A DNA stretch of 46,143 bases from Ureibacillus sp. (lineage in GTDB: Bacteria > Bacillota > Bacilli > Bacillales_A > Planococcaceae). The stretch covers positions 1 through 46,143 of the forward strand of contig DAMDNS010000001.1 in NCBI GenBank assembly GCA_032083605.1, read 5' to 3'. The notes beneath the pieces are model-generated. The model had not been told where the DNA came from, did no database searches, and saw only the letters and a list, made by a program, of their open reading frames with translations. Shown here piece after piece: positions 1-9,007 of this stretch (position 1 is its first letter; every line of letters starts with the position of its first letter). The position numbers and the translations under genes were made by a program.

Positions 1-863
1 TCTGCAAATAGAAGAATAATAGAATAGAACACCGTTGTCCCCATGATCACTGTATAATCCCGGTTTGTAATGCTCGTTACAAAATGTCTTCCCAGCCCTG
101 GAATTGCAAAAATCTGCTCAATAATAAAACTCCCTGTCACGACACCAGCAGTAAGAGGTCCTAGATATGTAACAACCGGCATAAGCGCATTACGCAGTGT
201 ATGGCGTACGACAATTGTCCATTTTCCAAGCCCTTTCGATCGTGCCATTTTTACGTAATCGCTATTGGATTGCTCCAACATACTTGAGCGCGTAAGCTTT
301 GCTATAAAACCTGCATGTGTTATGGCAATAGCGAGTGCAGGCAGGATACTGTAATTAAATCCTTTCCAGCCACTGACAGGGAATAAGCCAAGCTTGAATG
401 CCAGGAAATACTGCATAAGACCTGCCAATATAAAGGATGGAACGGAGATTCCGAGTACCGCTATAGTGGACGCCAAATAATCAGGAAATTTATTATGATA
501 GAGTGCTGCTATAACACCCAGGAAAACTCCCAATCCAATTGCCAGAATCATTGCTTCAATACCTAGGGTTAAAGAGATTGGAAAACTTTCGGAAATAATA
601 TCATTTGTTGAGCGACCTTTATATTTCATGGATTCGCCAAAATCAAAGGAAACTGTATCTACTAAGTAATCCTTGTATTGAATATACCAAGGATTATCCA
701 AACCATATTTTGCATTCAATTGTTCTTCTATTTGCGGTGGAAATGAACGTTCACTAGCAAATGGGCTGCCTGGTGCTAATCTCATTAAGAAGAATGTTGC
801 CGATACGATGATAAATAAAGCTATAAGTATATAGATTACCCGCTTAAAAATGTACCTTAGCAT
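1..863 (-). CDS. oppB: Oligopeptide ABC transporter permease OppB (3' end runs off the window)
   Basis: Not in the ORF track. Manual translation from ATG at 863 gives MLRYIFKRVIYILIALFIIVSATFFLMRLAPGSPF...DYVKMARSKGL...RHTLRNALMPVVT...IEQIFAIPGLGRHFV, a typical OppB. GGGAGGG RBS; downstream of oppA. Confidence 0.95.
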   Translation of the reverse strand, partial: MLRYIFKRVIYILIALFIIVSATFFLMRLAPGSPFASERSFPPQIEEQLNAKYGLDNPWYIQYKDYLVDTVSFDFGESMKYKGRSTNDIISESFPISLTLGIEAMILAIGLGVFLGVIAALYHNKFPDYLASTIAVLGISVPSFILAGLMQYFLAFKLGLFPVSGWKGFNYSILPALAIAITHAGFIAKLTRSSMLEQSNSDYVKMARSKGLGKWTIVVRHTLRNALMPVVTYLGPLTAGVVTGSFIIEQIFAIPGLGRHFVTSITNRDYTVIMGTTVFYSIILLFA

Positions 864-925
864 GATAAATCCCTCCCTCTCCATTACTTATTCTGTCTTA
901 AGAACCTGCATCATCCACTATCATT

Positions 926-967
926 AAAAAAGGCTGCTTGAATCGATTACTCGATTTTAAGCAGCCT
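926..967 (-). terminator. Intrinsic terminator/stabilising hairpin between oppA and oppB
   Basis: AGGCTGCTTGAATCGA-TTAC-TCGATTTTAAGCAGCCT inverted repeat followed by a U-tract on the minus strand. Confidence 0.8.
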
Positions 968-999
968 AAGAAGTACGTTAACTTAATCTAATGAATAGA

Positions 1000-2658
1000 T
1001 TATTTGTTGATATCTACATATTTAAGATTAATGTTACCTAATGAATCTGGTTCGATATTTTCTACATAATCTTTCTTAACAGAAAGGTTAGTGTAGTAGT
1101 AAATTGGAATAATCGGCATATCGTTCATGAAGATAGCTTCAGCTTGCTTCATTAACTCTAAACGTTTTGCAGGATCAGATTCCGTATTTGATTGTTCTAA
1201 TAACGCTGTATATTCTGCGTTTTCCCAACCAGTATCATTGTTACCATTTGTAGCAGAGTTGTACATTTCTAAGAATGTGTATGCATCATTATAGTCAGCG
1301 ATCCAGCCCATACGAGCGATATCGTAGTCTAAGTTAGAAACTTTGTCTAAGTATACTTGCCACTCTGAGTTATCAAGAGTTACTTCGATACCTAGGTTTG
1401 TACGCCATCCTTCTTGGATGAATTGAGCGATTGCAGCGTGAGCTTCACTTGTGTTGAATGAAAGGTTAAGTTTTAATTCACTTGGATCAGAAAGACCAAG
1501 CTCTTTTAAACCAGCCTCTAAAGCAGCTTTTGCAGCTTCGATATCGTTATCCTTGAAGTAACCCATATCTTCTTCAAAGCCTTTAATAGCTGAAGGTACA
1601 AGAGCTACACCAGGAGCTTGTTCACCTTTTAATACGTTATCGATTAAAGCTTGACGGTCAATTGCAAGTGCTAAAGCTTTACGGATATTAGCATTTGAAG
1701 TATATTCACCAGTTGTGTTTAGTTTATACATATATAAACCAGCATAGTCAGCAATTGTTAAAATGCCTTCTTGCTTGTAGCGATCAATTACATCAAGAGC
1801 GATACTTCCGAATGGTGCACCTAAATAATCGATTTCATCTGCATCAAACATTGTAGATTGAGTTGCTTCTGATTCAACCATTGCGATGTTAACTGTATCT
1901 AAAGCAACCTTGTCAGCATCCCAATAAGATTCGTTTTTCTTTAAAGTGATTGAACCACTGTGCTGCCAGTCAGCTAATGTGAAAGCACCGTTTGTTACAT
2001 AAGAATCTCCAGCTTCTGCATACCAAGTTTCGTTCGCTTCTGCAGTTGCTTTGTGGATTGGATAGTAAGTTTTGAACGCTGTTAATTCTAAGAAGTAAGG
2101 AGTAGGATTTTCCAAAGTTACTTCTAAAGTTTTTTCGTCTACTACTTTAATACCTAGATCTTCAACCGCACCTGTACCTTCGTTGAAAGCTTGAGCGCCT
2201 TTAATTGGGTATAGGATAGAAGCATACTCAGATGCGTTTTCAGGTGTTAAAGCAAATGTCCAAGCATAAGCAAAGTCTTCAGCAGTTACAGGGTCGCCAT
2301 TTGACCAAGTTGCATCACGTAATGTGAATGTATAAGTTTTTAAATCTTCACTTACTTCTACATTTTCTGCTGCTGCATTTTGTACTTCACCATTTACTAA
2401 AGTTGTTAAACCTTCAAATACGTTCTGGATAATTACTCCAGAAGTTGTATCTGTAGCTAATTGTGGGTGTAATGATGGTGGTTCCGATGCTACTACTAAG
2501 TTAATCTCTTTTGGACCTTCTGTTGTTTCAGTAGTTCCTTCTGTTGATGTTCCCTCTTCAGTAGATTCTTCTTCTTTTTCTCCACCGAAGTTACATGCTG
2601 CAAGTACTAGAGTTAAAGCTAGTAACATTAGCATTAAAAATAGATTGCGCTTTTTCAA
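1000..2658 (-). CDS. oppA: Oligopeptide ABC transporter substrate-binding lipoprotein OppA
   Basis: Lipobox LAAC; SBP family 5 motifs (YTFTLRDATWSNGDPVTAEDF, GWIADYND). Likely TTG start at 2658 behind an AGAGGGGG RBS, rather than 2712. Confidence 0.95.
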   Translation of the reverse strand: MKKRNLFLMLMLLALTLVLAACNFGGEKEEESTEEGTSTEGTTETTEGPKEINLVVASEPPSLHPQLATDTTSGVIIQNVFEGLTTLVNGEVQNAAAENVEVSEDLKTYTFTLRDATWSNGDPVTAEDFAYAWTFALTPENASEYASILYPIKGAQAFNEGTGAVEDLGIKVVDEKTLEVTLENPTPYFLELTAFKTYYPIHKATAEANETWYAEAGDSYVTNGAFTLADWQHSGSITLKKNESYWDADKVALDTVNIAMVESEATQSTMFDADEIDYLGAPFGSIALDVIDRYKQEGILTIADYAGLYMYKLNTTGEYTSNANIRKALALAIDRQALIDNVLKGEQAPGVALVPSAIKGFEEDMGYFKDNDIEAAKAALEAGLKELGLSDPSELKLNLSFNTSEAHAAIAQFIQEGWRTNLGIEVTLDNSEWQVYLDKVSNLDYDIARMGWIADYNDAYTFLEMYNSATNGNNDTGWENAEYTALLEQSNTESDPAKRLELMKQAEAIFMNDMPIIPIYYYTNLSVKKDYVENIEPDSLGNINLKYVDINK

Positions 2659-3154
2659 TGCGAATCCCCCTCTTTTTGTTTTTTCCCTATTTTCTGATAA
2701 TAGGATTAACAATTCTCATCATATCAAAAAATATTTACGAAATAAACAAAAAATTCATTGTTCTAGGAAAATTTAGATTATTAATTATATTGATATAATT
2801 CTACAATTGTACTACTTACGCAATATTGGGCAAGTATTTTAAAAGGCAACGCTCTTCAAACCCAATGTTTTCAGGCACCTCATAAGAAATACCATTTTAT
2901 GTATATAGAAATAATCCCCCTTTATCACTTTCAATAAATAGCTTATCAATGCTAAATACTTTCTTCAGAATAATGAAAATTTGTAAATTTGAAGTTAAAA
3001 TTGTTAAAAAAAAGAGGGGAAGTAGGAAGAAAGATATGTTATTAATTTCATATTTTGTTTAAAAAGGTTAGTTTTACCTGGTTCGAAATTAATGAAAAAG
3101 TTGAAGTATTCCTACTAAACTAAAAGGCATCTCAAAATCGAGACACCTTTTTGT

Positions 3155-4150
3155 CTATCGGTTCGACCTACGGAAACTATCAATGCAATTAAATAGAGAA
3201 CCAACAGGAAATAAAATCAGTGTTAGCCAAATTATAAAATTTCGTATCTGATCTCCAGTAAAATTTAAGATATCACTCATATACGACAAGAATTCCATAT
3301 TGAATAAATTAGAATTTGTAATAAGGAAAACTAAAACAACAAGCCCTATGATTTCACGAATTACATTGAACACCGCGATTTTCTTTGTCCACTGGTTCTT
3401 GATAAATAATGTTACGGCAAAGCCAATCTCTAATCCGATTACAACAACAATAAGCGGCCAATAGGAATCCAGCACTTCTTGGTTTAACGCTGGCATTATA
3501 AACTCAAGACCATTCCCTGTATTTTCATAAACACCTGCTAAGTGATCGGCATTAAAGTAAATTGTTCCCCAAATTGCCGTCCAGAGCAAGCTACCAAATA
3601 CATATCCTTTTGAAACTGCTCTATTTTGCGGAACATAAGAGATATATTTCAAATCTTCAGGTGTCCATTTTTCCAGGCTCATTGTACGTGGATATTCATC
3701 CTTGCTATGCTCAATTCTTTCCATAATAGCAAAGGTTAATGTTAGCCAAAAGAATACCTGTATAAACACTTGGATTATGCTCCATATCCCTTCCCCTATT
3801 ATCATTAGACCAACATTTAAAACTGTGTCTCCACTCTCAAATCCTACTAGGTACTCTGCAGCTACGATAATAAATGCAATAACAGCAGCGATGGGTACAA
3901 TCATCTTTAATAAGGAAATATAGAGATCAAAATATTTTGGACCGATCAGGTGCATGGGACGGTCATTATATCCACTAGCTAGAATAGCAGGATTCCCTAA
4001 CTCCTCCAGGACATTTTTCACATCCTCTTCCGAATACTTTTCCGGCAGCATATCTTCAATGGTCGATTTTAATTCCTGGCCAATATCTTCACGATTTTTG
4101 ACTGGTAGCCTTCGTGTAACTTCATATATATAAACCTCAATTAAATTCAT
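3155..4150 (-). CDS. Membrane protein with N-terminal HAAS-type domain, partner of PadR
   Basis: N-terminus LIEVYIYEVTRRLP...EL...I.DML...VLEELGNP..LA..Y followed by several TM helices; overlaps the padR stop. Confidence 0.75.
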   Translation of the reverse strand: MNLIEVYIYEVTRRLPVKNREDIGQELKSTIEDMLPEKYSEEDVKNVLEELGNPAILASGYNDRPMHLIGPKYFDLYISLLKMIVPIAAVIAFIIVAAEYLVGFESGDTVLNVGLMIIGEGIWSIIQVFIQVFFWLTLTFAIMERIEHSKDEYPRTMSLEKWTPEDLKYISYVPQNRAVSKGYVFGSLLWTAIWGTIYFNADHLAGVYENTGNGLEFIMPALNQEVLDSYWPLIVVVIGLEIGFAVTLFIKNQWTKKIAVFNVIREIIGLVVLVFLITNSNLFNMEFLSYMSDILNFTGDQIRNFIIWLTLILFPVGSLFNCIDSFRRSNR

Positions 4151-4484
4151 TCTTATCAGCTCCTTCCAATAATTTATAAAGTTCTTTTGAGTTTTTTATC
4201 CACTCTTCCTTCAGCTTCTTGTAAACCTCGACACCGAACTCCGTTAAGATGTAATATTTTCTAGGCCTGGATTCAGTAGTATCCCAAATACTTTTCACTA
4301 GTTCTTGCTTTTCCAGCCTTCTTAGCAGCGGATATAACGTACTTTGTTCAATCATTATTCCTGAATTTTCCAGCAACTGGACTAATGAATACCCATATTG
4401 CTGTGTTTGTAATTGGCTTAATACCGCTAAAGTTAATGTGCCTCTTCTAAGTTCTGTACTTAATGAATCCAGTAAGTTACTCAA
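4137..4484 (-). CDS. PadR-family transcriptional regulator
   Basis: ELRRGTLTLAVL...YGY...TLYPLLRRLEKQ...RPRKYYILT. TTG start at 4484 behind GGGAGGTG. Confidence 0.92.
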   Translation of the reverse strand: MSNLLDSLSTELRRGTLTLAVLSQLQTQQYGYSLVQLLENSGIMIEQSTLYPLLRRLEKQELVKSIWDTTESRPRKYYILTEFGVEVYKKLKEEWIKNSKELYKLLEGADKNEFN

Positions 4485-4503
4485 AGGAATCACCTCCCGT
4501 TTT

Positions 4504-4538
4504 ATACTGTGTATAATACAGTATATGTCACACAGTAT
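4504..4538. promoter_or_regulatory. Probable PadR autoregulatory operator
   Basis: ATACTGT-N7-ACAGTAT inverted repeat plus a third ACAGTAT 14 bp further on, immediately upstream of padR. Confidence 0.55.
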
Positions 4539-4723
4539 TATATGTTCAATAATATTGTTTAATAACTTCCACTTATTATGGCGATTAAAAAACCCACACT
4601 TTGAGCACAACTCGTGAGCATGGGTTTATCATGGATTTATTTACCAAACATCTTGAAAACCATCTTTAATAAGACTAATATGTGTATGACAAGTCTATAA
4701 ATTTAATAATATTTTGTGACCTG

Positions 4724-4750
4724 ATAATAATCATTATTATGATAATCATA
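4724..4750 (+). promoter_or_regulatory. Fur-family (Fur/PerR-like) box upstream of the TSUP exporter
   Basis: Perfect 8-1-8 palindrome ATAATAAT-C-ATTATTAT with an overlapping TGATAATCAT; 2 mismatches to TGATAATnATTATCA. Confidence 0.55.
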
Positions 4751-4785
4751 GATTGTCTAACCTCACCGAAAGGCAGTTATTACAT

Positions 4786-5556
4786 ATGTTTTTTGATCTA
4801 GATCCTTCACTTATTTTAATTTTATTTCTTTTTGGTTTTTTAGCTGCATTTATTGACTCTGTTGTTGGTGGTGGAGGGTTAATTTCTTTACCGGCACTCC
4901 TGTTTACCGGCTTAAGTCCTTCAGCAGCTGTTGCTACGAACAAGCTTGCAGGAACAATGGGCTCTTTAACGAGTACAATTACGTTTTACCGTTCAGGAAA
5001 TATTGATTTTAAATCCATCGCCAAGATTTTCCCTTTTGTCTTTTTAGCTGCAATGTTCGGGGCATGGGTCGTCCATTTAATGGATCCGAATCTATTAAAG
5101 CCATTAATGCTCCTAATGCTAGCAGCCGTAGCCGTTTATACACTTATCAAAAAAGACTGGGGCAGCATTTCTACTTATAAGACATTAACTACCAAGAAAT
5201 ACATTTTCTTCATATTTTTAGTTTCTGCTATTGGTTTTTATGATGGGTTTTTAGGACCTGGTACAGGATCGTTTCTTATGTTCGCTTTTTTAATGATTGG
5301 ATTTGACTTCTTGAAGGCAGCGGGTAATGCTAAATTTCTAAATTTCGCCAGTAATATCGGGGCATTAGTTATGTTCCTATTTTTAGGCCAGATTAACTTT
5401 GCCTATGGTCTGATTATGGGGGTTGCTCAAATTATCGGCGCTATTTGCGGATCGAAATTTGCTATTAAAAGGGGCAGTGGCTACGTTCGCATCTTATTTA
5501 TCGTTATGACGGTTCTTTTGCTTGCAAAGAATGCATATGATTATTTTAACAACTAA
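4786..5556 (+). CDS. Sulfite exporter TauE/SafE (TSUP) family membrane protein
   Basis: AAFIDSVVGGGGLISLP and GFYDGFLGPGTGSF motifs; ATG at 4786 with a GAAAGG RBS. Confidence 0.9.
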   Translation: MFFDLDPSLILILFLFGFLAAFIDSVVGGGGLISLPALLFTGLSPSAAVATNKLAGTMGSLTSTITFYRSGNIDFKSIAKIFPFVFLAAMFGAWVVHLMDPNLLKPLMLLMLAAVAVYTLIKKDWGSISTYKTLTTKKYIFFIFLVSAIGFYDGFLGPGTGSFLMFAFLMIGFDFLKAAGNAKFLNFASNIGALVMFLFLGQINFAYGLIMGVAQIIGAICGSKFAIKRGSGYVRILFIVMTVLLLAKNAYDYFNN

Positions 5557-5558
5557 TC

Positions 5559-5601
5559 AAAAAATCGAGACTGCGTTAACTTTCACGCACCTCGATTTTT
5601 T
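5559..5601. terminator. Bidirectional terminator between the convergent TSUP and fusB-like genes
   Basis: AAAAAATCGAG-ACTGCGT...ACGCA-CCTCGATTTTTT. Confidence 0.7.
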
Positions 5602-5605
5602 CCAT

Positions 5606-6238
5606 TTAATTCAAGTTATTAACAAAGTCCGTGAACTTGTTTAAGTCTGACAATGACTCATTGCATGAGCCACTATCCTCGCAAATATAGTTGCCTCTTT
5701 TAGTATATGTCCCTAAATCGGCTCCTTTTTTTGATACCAACAGCATACCTACTTTGGCGTGCTGATTGCAAACCGTACAGATTCCTACTTTCGCCGAATT
5801 GCTGAAAGTACCACGGACACCCTTTAAGACCCCATCTTCTCTATATACAATATACTTGCGATTGGTTCCTGCATCAAACCAGCTTAGATAGGATATTTCT
5901 TGCCAATCATAGGTTTCAAGCTTTGGCAGCTTTAACTTTTTATCCTTTGGGAATAACTTTTTCAGCTCAGCTTCTGTCGGCTGTTTAAAAGGCTCAACAT
6001 ATTGCTTGATGTCAGTTAGAAAATGCTCGAGCTGCTCTTTGGATTTGATAAGAAAAATAGGCTGTAATACTAATTGCTGTTCAATTTCTTGAAATGTCAG
6101 CCTGCTATCGATTTCTTCTTGAACAAGTGCTTGAATGGCATCAATTACCTTTTGATCATTGGATGTTGTATATGTGTTCAGGATTTTTTTCGCTTGTTTT
6201 TTCACTAATTGAAATTGCTCTGGTGTCATAAATTGCAT
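5606..6238 (-). CDS. FusB/FusC-family elongation factor G-binding protein (fusidic acid protection family)
   Basis: KLFPKDKKLKLP, YLSWFD.G.NRKYIV, Cys4 zinc site GICTVC...GNYICEDSGSCN. ATG at 6238 behind AAGGAG. Confidence 0.88.
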   Translation of the reverse strand: MQFMTPEQFQLVKKQAKKILNTYTTSNDQKVIDAIQALVQEEIDSRLTFQEIEQQLVLQPIFLIKSKEQLEHFLTDIKQYVEPFKQPTEAELKKLFPKDKKLKLPKLETYDWQEISYLSWFDAGTNRKYIVYREDGVLKGVRGTFSNSAKVGICTVCNQHAKVGMLLVSKKGADLGTYTKRGNYICEDSGSCNESLSDLNKFTDFVNNLN

Positions 6239-6387
6239 TTTATCCACTCCTTACGTTTAAGGGTACAAAAAAGAGAAGAAAACAGCAATTGCCAAGTTCT
6301 TTTAAAAACAAACTATACTTAAAAATTTTGAACCAAATAGGTCAACCATTAAATAACTAAAAAGAGCCGGGTTGCACCAGCTCTCAA

Positions 6388-6651
6388 TCACTTTTTATAG
6401 ATAATCTTTTTGATCGTTTCTATAGATAAATGGTATTGTTCCGCTAACTTCTTTAGGGGAGCACCATTTTGATAGCTTTCTTTTATTTGCTTATTTCTCT
6501 CTTGCAGTCGTTGTCTTTCACCAGATGCCATACCCCATTGTATCCGTTTATTTTCAGGCTTGGGGATATATATCAAATCTCCTTGAACATACTTTTGAAT
6601 CTCCATCAGTAGTTCTTCTGGTAAAACTTCATGTGCATTCACGTAACGCAT
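6388..6651 (-). CDS. CD3324-family small HTH (Mor-like) protein
   Basis: MRYVNAHEVLPEELLMEIQKYVQG..IYIPK...ERN..I...Y..G.....LA..YHLS.ETIKKIIY signature. Confidence 0.85.
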   Translation of the reverse strand: MRYVNAHEVLPEELLMEIQKYVQGDLIYIPKPENKRIQWGMASGERQRLQERNKQIKESYQNGAPLKKLAEQYHLSIETIKKIIYKK

Positions 6652-6741
6652 AACTTATCGCTCCTTTACTTTTTGACTTTCAAAGTGAAGGGCAAAGCAC
6701 ACATGAATAAAGTGACTAATCACGGGCGATGAAAAGATATT

Positions 6742-6825
6742 TTACCTCACGCAAAGGATCGCCATTTTATTCATAGGCTTTGCATGAGTAGTTCCATTAA
6801 GTGACATATTTTGTTGATTTGTCAT
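6742..6825 (-). CDS. Putative 27-aa leader peptide MTNQQNMSLNGTTHAKPMNKMAILCVR
   Basis: ATG with AAGGATGTGA RBS; the 3' half overlaps the 5' arm of a long hairpin upstream of the CD3324-family gene. Confidence 0.55.
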   Translation of the reverse strand: MTNQQNMSLNGTTHAKPMNKMAILCVR

Positions 6826-6937
6826 GTTATCACATCCTTTTAAGAGGAATCATTAATTTACATTATACCGTGGAAATAAAAATAAAAAAAATCGAATGGA
6901 AAAGAATATCGCTTTTTTCATTCGATCCATCGTTATT

Positions 6938-7930
6938 TTAATGTATTCTAGCCGGCTTACAGCAATCTGTCTCATCAATAATAAAACAGCTGCCCATTAC
7001 CTTTTTGCAATTTCGCTTAACAGCAGCTACTGCATTTGAAATTTCTTCTATTTTGTCAAATCGGTGTTTCTCATTTGTCAAAACTGCGATTGATAAGGAC
7101 ATAATCGTGAATTTTTCCAGATTGCCCGATCTCCCCTTTACTTTAAAGCTTGGGTCCTTTAGATGCTTCTCATCATAAAAGTCTGGAATAGTCCCATCAA
7201 ATTCTTTTATAATCTCCTCACACAGTGACTCCACTTTTCGGTGTGGAAGAATTGCCATAAAATCGTCGCCACCAATATGCCCCAAAAAATAGCCGCGCTG
7301 CGACACATTTCTTTTTAATATATCTGATAAATGAAGGAGCACCTTATCTCCTTTGTTGAATCCATATAAATCATTATAGGTTTTAAAAAAATCCAGATCA
7401 AAATATAGAATACTGTATTCTTCTAAATAGATAATTTCGGATAGCTTTTGATCGATTAAATGATTTCCAGGCAGTTTGCTTAATGGATTAAGAAAACTGG
7501 CCATTTGCACCTGAATATCAACAAATTCCATCAACAACGCTCGTATACTTACAACACCTATAAATTTGCCATCCTTGGTCACAATCACATCATCATACAA
7601 TGCTTCTTCTTGTCTTTCCATGGCCAGCTTACTGACCTCGGTAATCGGCTGATAAAAATCAACAATCAAAGGACCTGTTTTAGCAAGCAATTTACTTTCT
7701 CTTCCCATATACAAATTATAACCATATAATGTCCCAATTTTTTGGTAGAAGTGTGTTCTTGTAATGTGAGCAATTGGTTTTTCATGATGTACGACTACAA
7801 TTCCACGTAAATCCGGATTATCTGTAAATAATTTGTCTACTTCTTTATTTTTCAAGGATGGAGAAATAGAGGGAACTGTCTTAACAATTCGCCCGATATT
7901 CGATACTGCTTCACCTGTTTTCGTCATCAT
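6938..7930 (-). CDS. CBS-domain plus GGDEF-domain protein (variant GGDDF motif)
   Basis: N-terminal CBS-like pair; NPLSKLPGN, DLDFFKTYNDLYGF..GD, GHIGGDDF. Confidence 0.88.
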   Translation of the reverse strand: MMTKTGEAVSNIGRIVKTVPSISPSLKNKEVDKLFTDNPDLRGIVVVHHEKPIAHITRTHFYQKIGTLYGYNLYMGRESKLLAKTGPLIVDFYQPITEVSKLAMERQEEALYDDVIVTKDGKFIGVVSIRALLMEFVDIQVQMASFLNPLSKLPGNHLIDQKLSEIIYLEEYSILYFDLDFFKTYNDLYGFNKGDKVLLHLSDILKRNVSQRGYFLGHIGGDDFMAILPHRKVESLCEEIIKEFDGTIPDFYDEKHLKDPSFKVKGRSGNLEKFTIMSLSIAVLTNEKHRFDKIEEISNAVAAVKRNCKKVMGSCFIIDETDCCKPARIH

Positions 7931-7967
7931 TTACTCACCTATTTGCATCAGTTTTACATAACTTTTT

Positions 7968-8828
7968 CTAATCTAAGTCTGGTAATGCACCCAGTTTAAT
8001 GTGTCGATTCGGCCTACCTAAGGCATAGCCTTGTGCATAATGTATGCCGAGTGTTTTTAGATACCTAATCTCCTCTTTTCTCTCAATGCCCTCTGCAATT
8101 ATTTTCGTGCTGGATTGTACGGCATAGTCATAGATTAAGGATACCAGCTGTTGGCTCGCCCTGCTTTCATCAATATTTTGAATAAGCGAACGGTCTAACT
8201 TTATGAATTCAGGCTTCAAGAAGATCAATGTCTTTAAGCTGTTGTACCCTGAGCCAACATCGTCAATCGCAATTCTGTATCCTTGCGAGCGGTAATGAGA
8301 TAAAACACGTTCAAACTCCTGAAAATCTGTCACGGCACTTCTTTCCGTTAACTCAAACACAACCTGTTCCGGATGGATTCCAATATCATTTAACTGCTGC
8401 AAAGTATCTCCGCTATGATAATTCTTATCTAGCAATACGTGTGGATGGATATTAATAAAAAGAGTAAAATCATCTTTCCCAGACTTTTCATCCATCCCTG
8501 CGATATATCTATTCAATGATAAATTTCTGCAAAACTTCTCAAACTCAAATACCTTGTCCGTTTGACCAACATATTCATAGAACTGATCCACACTGGAAAA
8601 AACATCCGATTGCAAGGGGCGATTTAATGCTTCATATCCAAATGTCTCACCTGTTTGCAGATTAACGATCGGCTGAAAAAATGTCTCCAGTGATTCATTT
8701 TGCATTATTTTTTTTAATTCGTTATATCTTTTATAGAACAAAATATCATCTTGTCTTTTGTTGTATAGGTATTTTAAATAGGAAAATAAATTAAGAGAAT
8801 GCTCTCTTGTATATGGTAAAGAATTCAT
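7968..8828 (-). CDS. Stand-alone EAL-domain c-di-GMP phosphodiesterase
   Basis: FQPIV, EALNR, FELTE, IAIDDVGSGY, IKLDRS and AEGIE, YAQGY motifs all intact. Confidence 0.92.
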   Translation of the reverse strand: MNSLPYTREHSLNLFSYLKYLYNKRQDDILFYKRYNELKKIMQNESLETFFQPIVNLQTGETFGYEALNRPLQSDVFSSVDQFYEYVGQTDKVFEFEKFCRNLSLNRYIAGMDEKSGKDDFTLFINIHPHVLLDKNYHSGDTLQQLNDIGIHPEQVVFELTERSAVTDFQEFERVLSHYRSQGYRIAIDDVGSGYNSLKTLIFLKPEFIKLDRSLIQNIDESRASQQLVSLIYDYAVQSSTKIIAEGIERKEEIRYLKTLGIHYAQGYALGRPNRHIKLGALPDLD

Positions 8829-8861
8829 AGTAACTCCTTATATCTGAAGGGATTATTTCCT

Positions 8862-8915
8862 ATCATATGCCAATTCTATTAACGTACTATTAATATTTTA
8901 TTAACCATTTGTAAA
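8862..8915 (-). promoter_or_regulatory. PhoP-type Pho box (four TTWAYA repeats at 11-bp period) with -10 TATGAT
   Basis: Minus strand reads TTTACA-aatgg-TTAATA-aaata-TTAATA-gtacg-TTAATA, then TATGAT 9 nt later. Confidence 0.65.
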
Positions 8916-9007
8916 CGGGGAGGAAAGAGAATTTTATGACAATCTTTGGACACAAAAATGTCTCGAAAGCCTTTGAGTAAACTTTCGAGACATTCATATC
9001 AAAAACA

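Noticed and set aside
70..258. Short plus-strand ORF and the many other 60-150 aa antisense ORFs in the track (e.g. 3702, 11683, 15595, 27623, 40816, 44209)
   Set aside because: They are shadows of well-supported genes on the opposite strand or frame, with no RBS or recognisable motifs.
2688..2702. CodY-like site upstream of oppA
   Set aside because: Three mismatches in a very AT-rich region; biologically plausible but not distinguishable from chance by eye.
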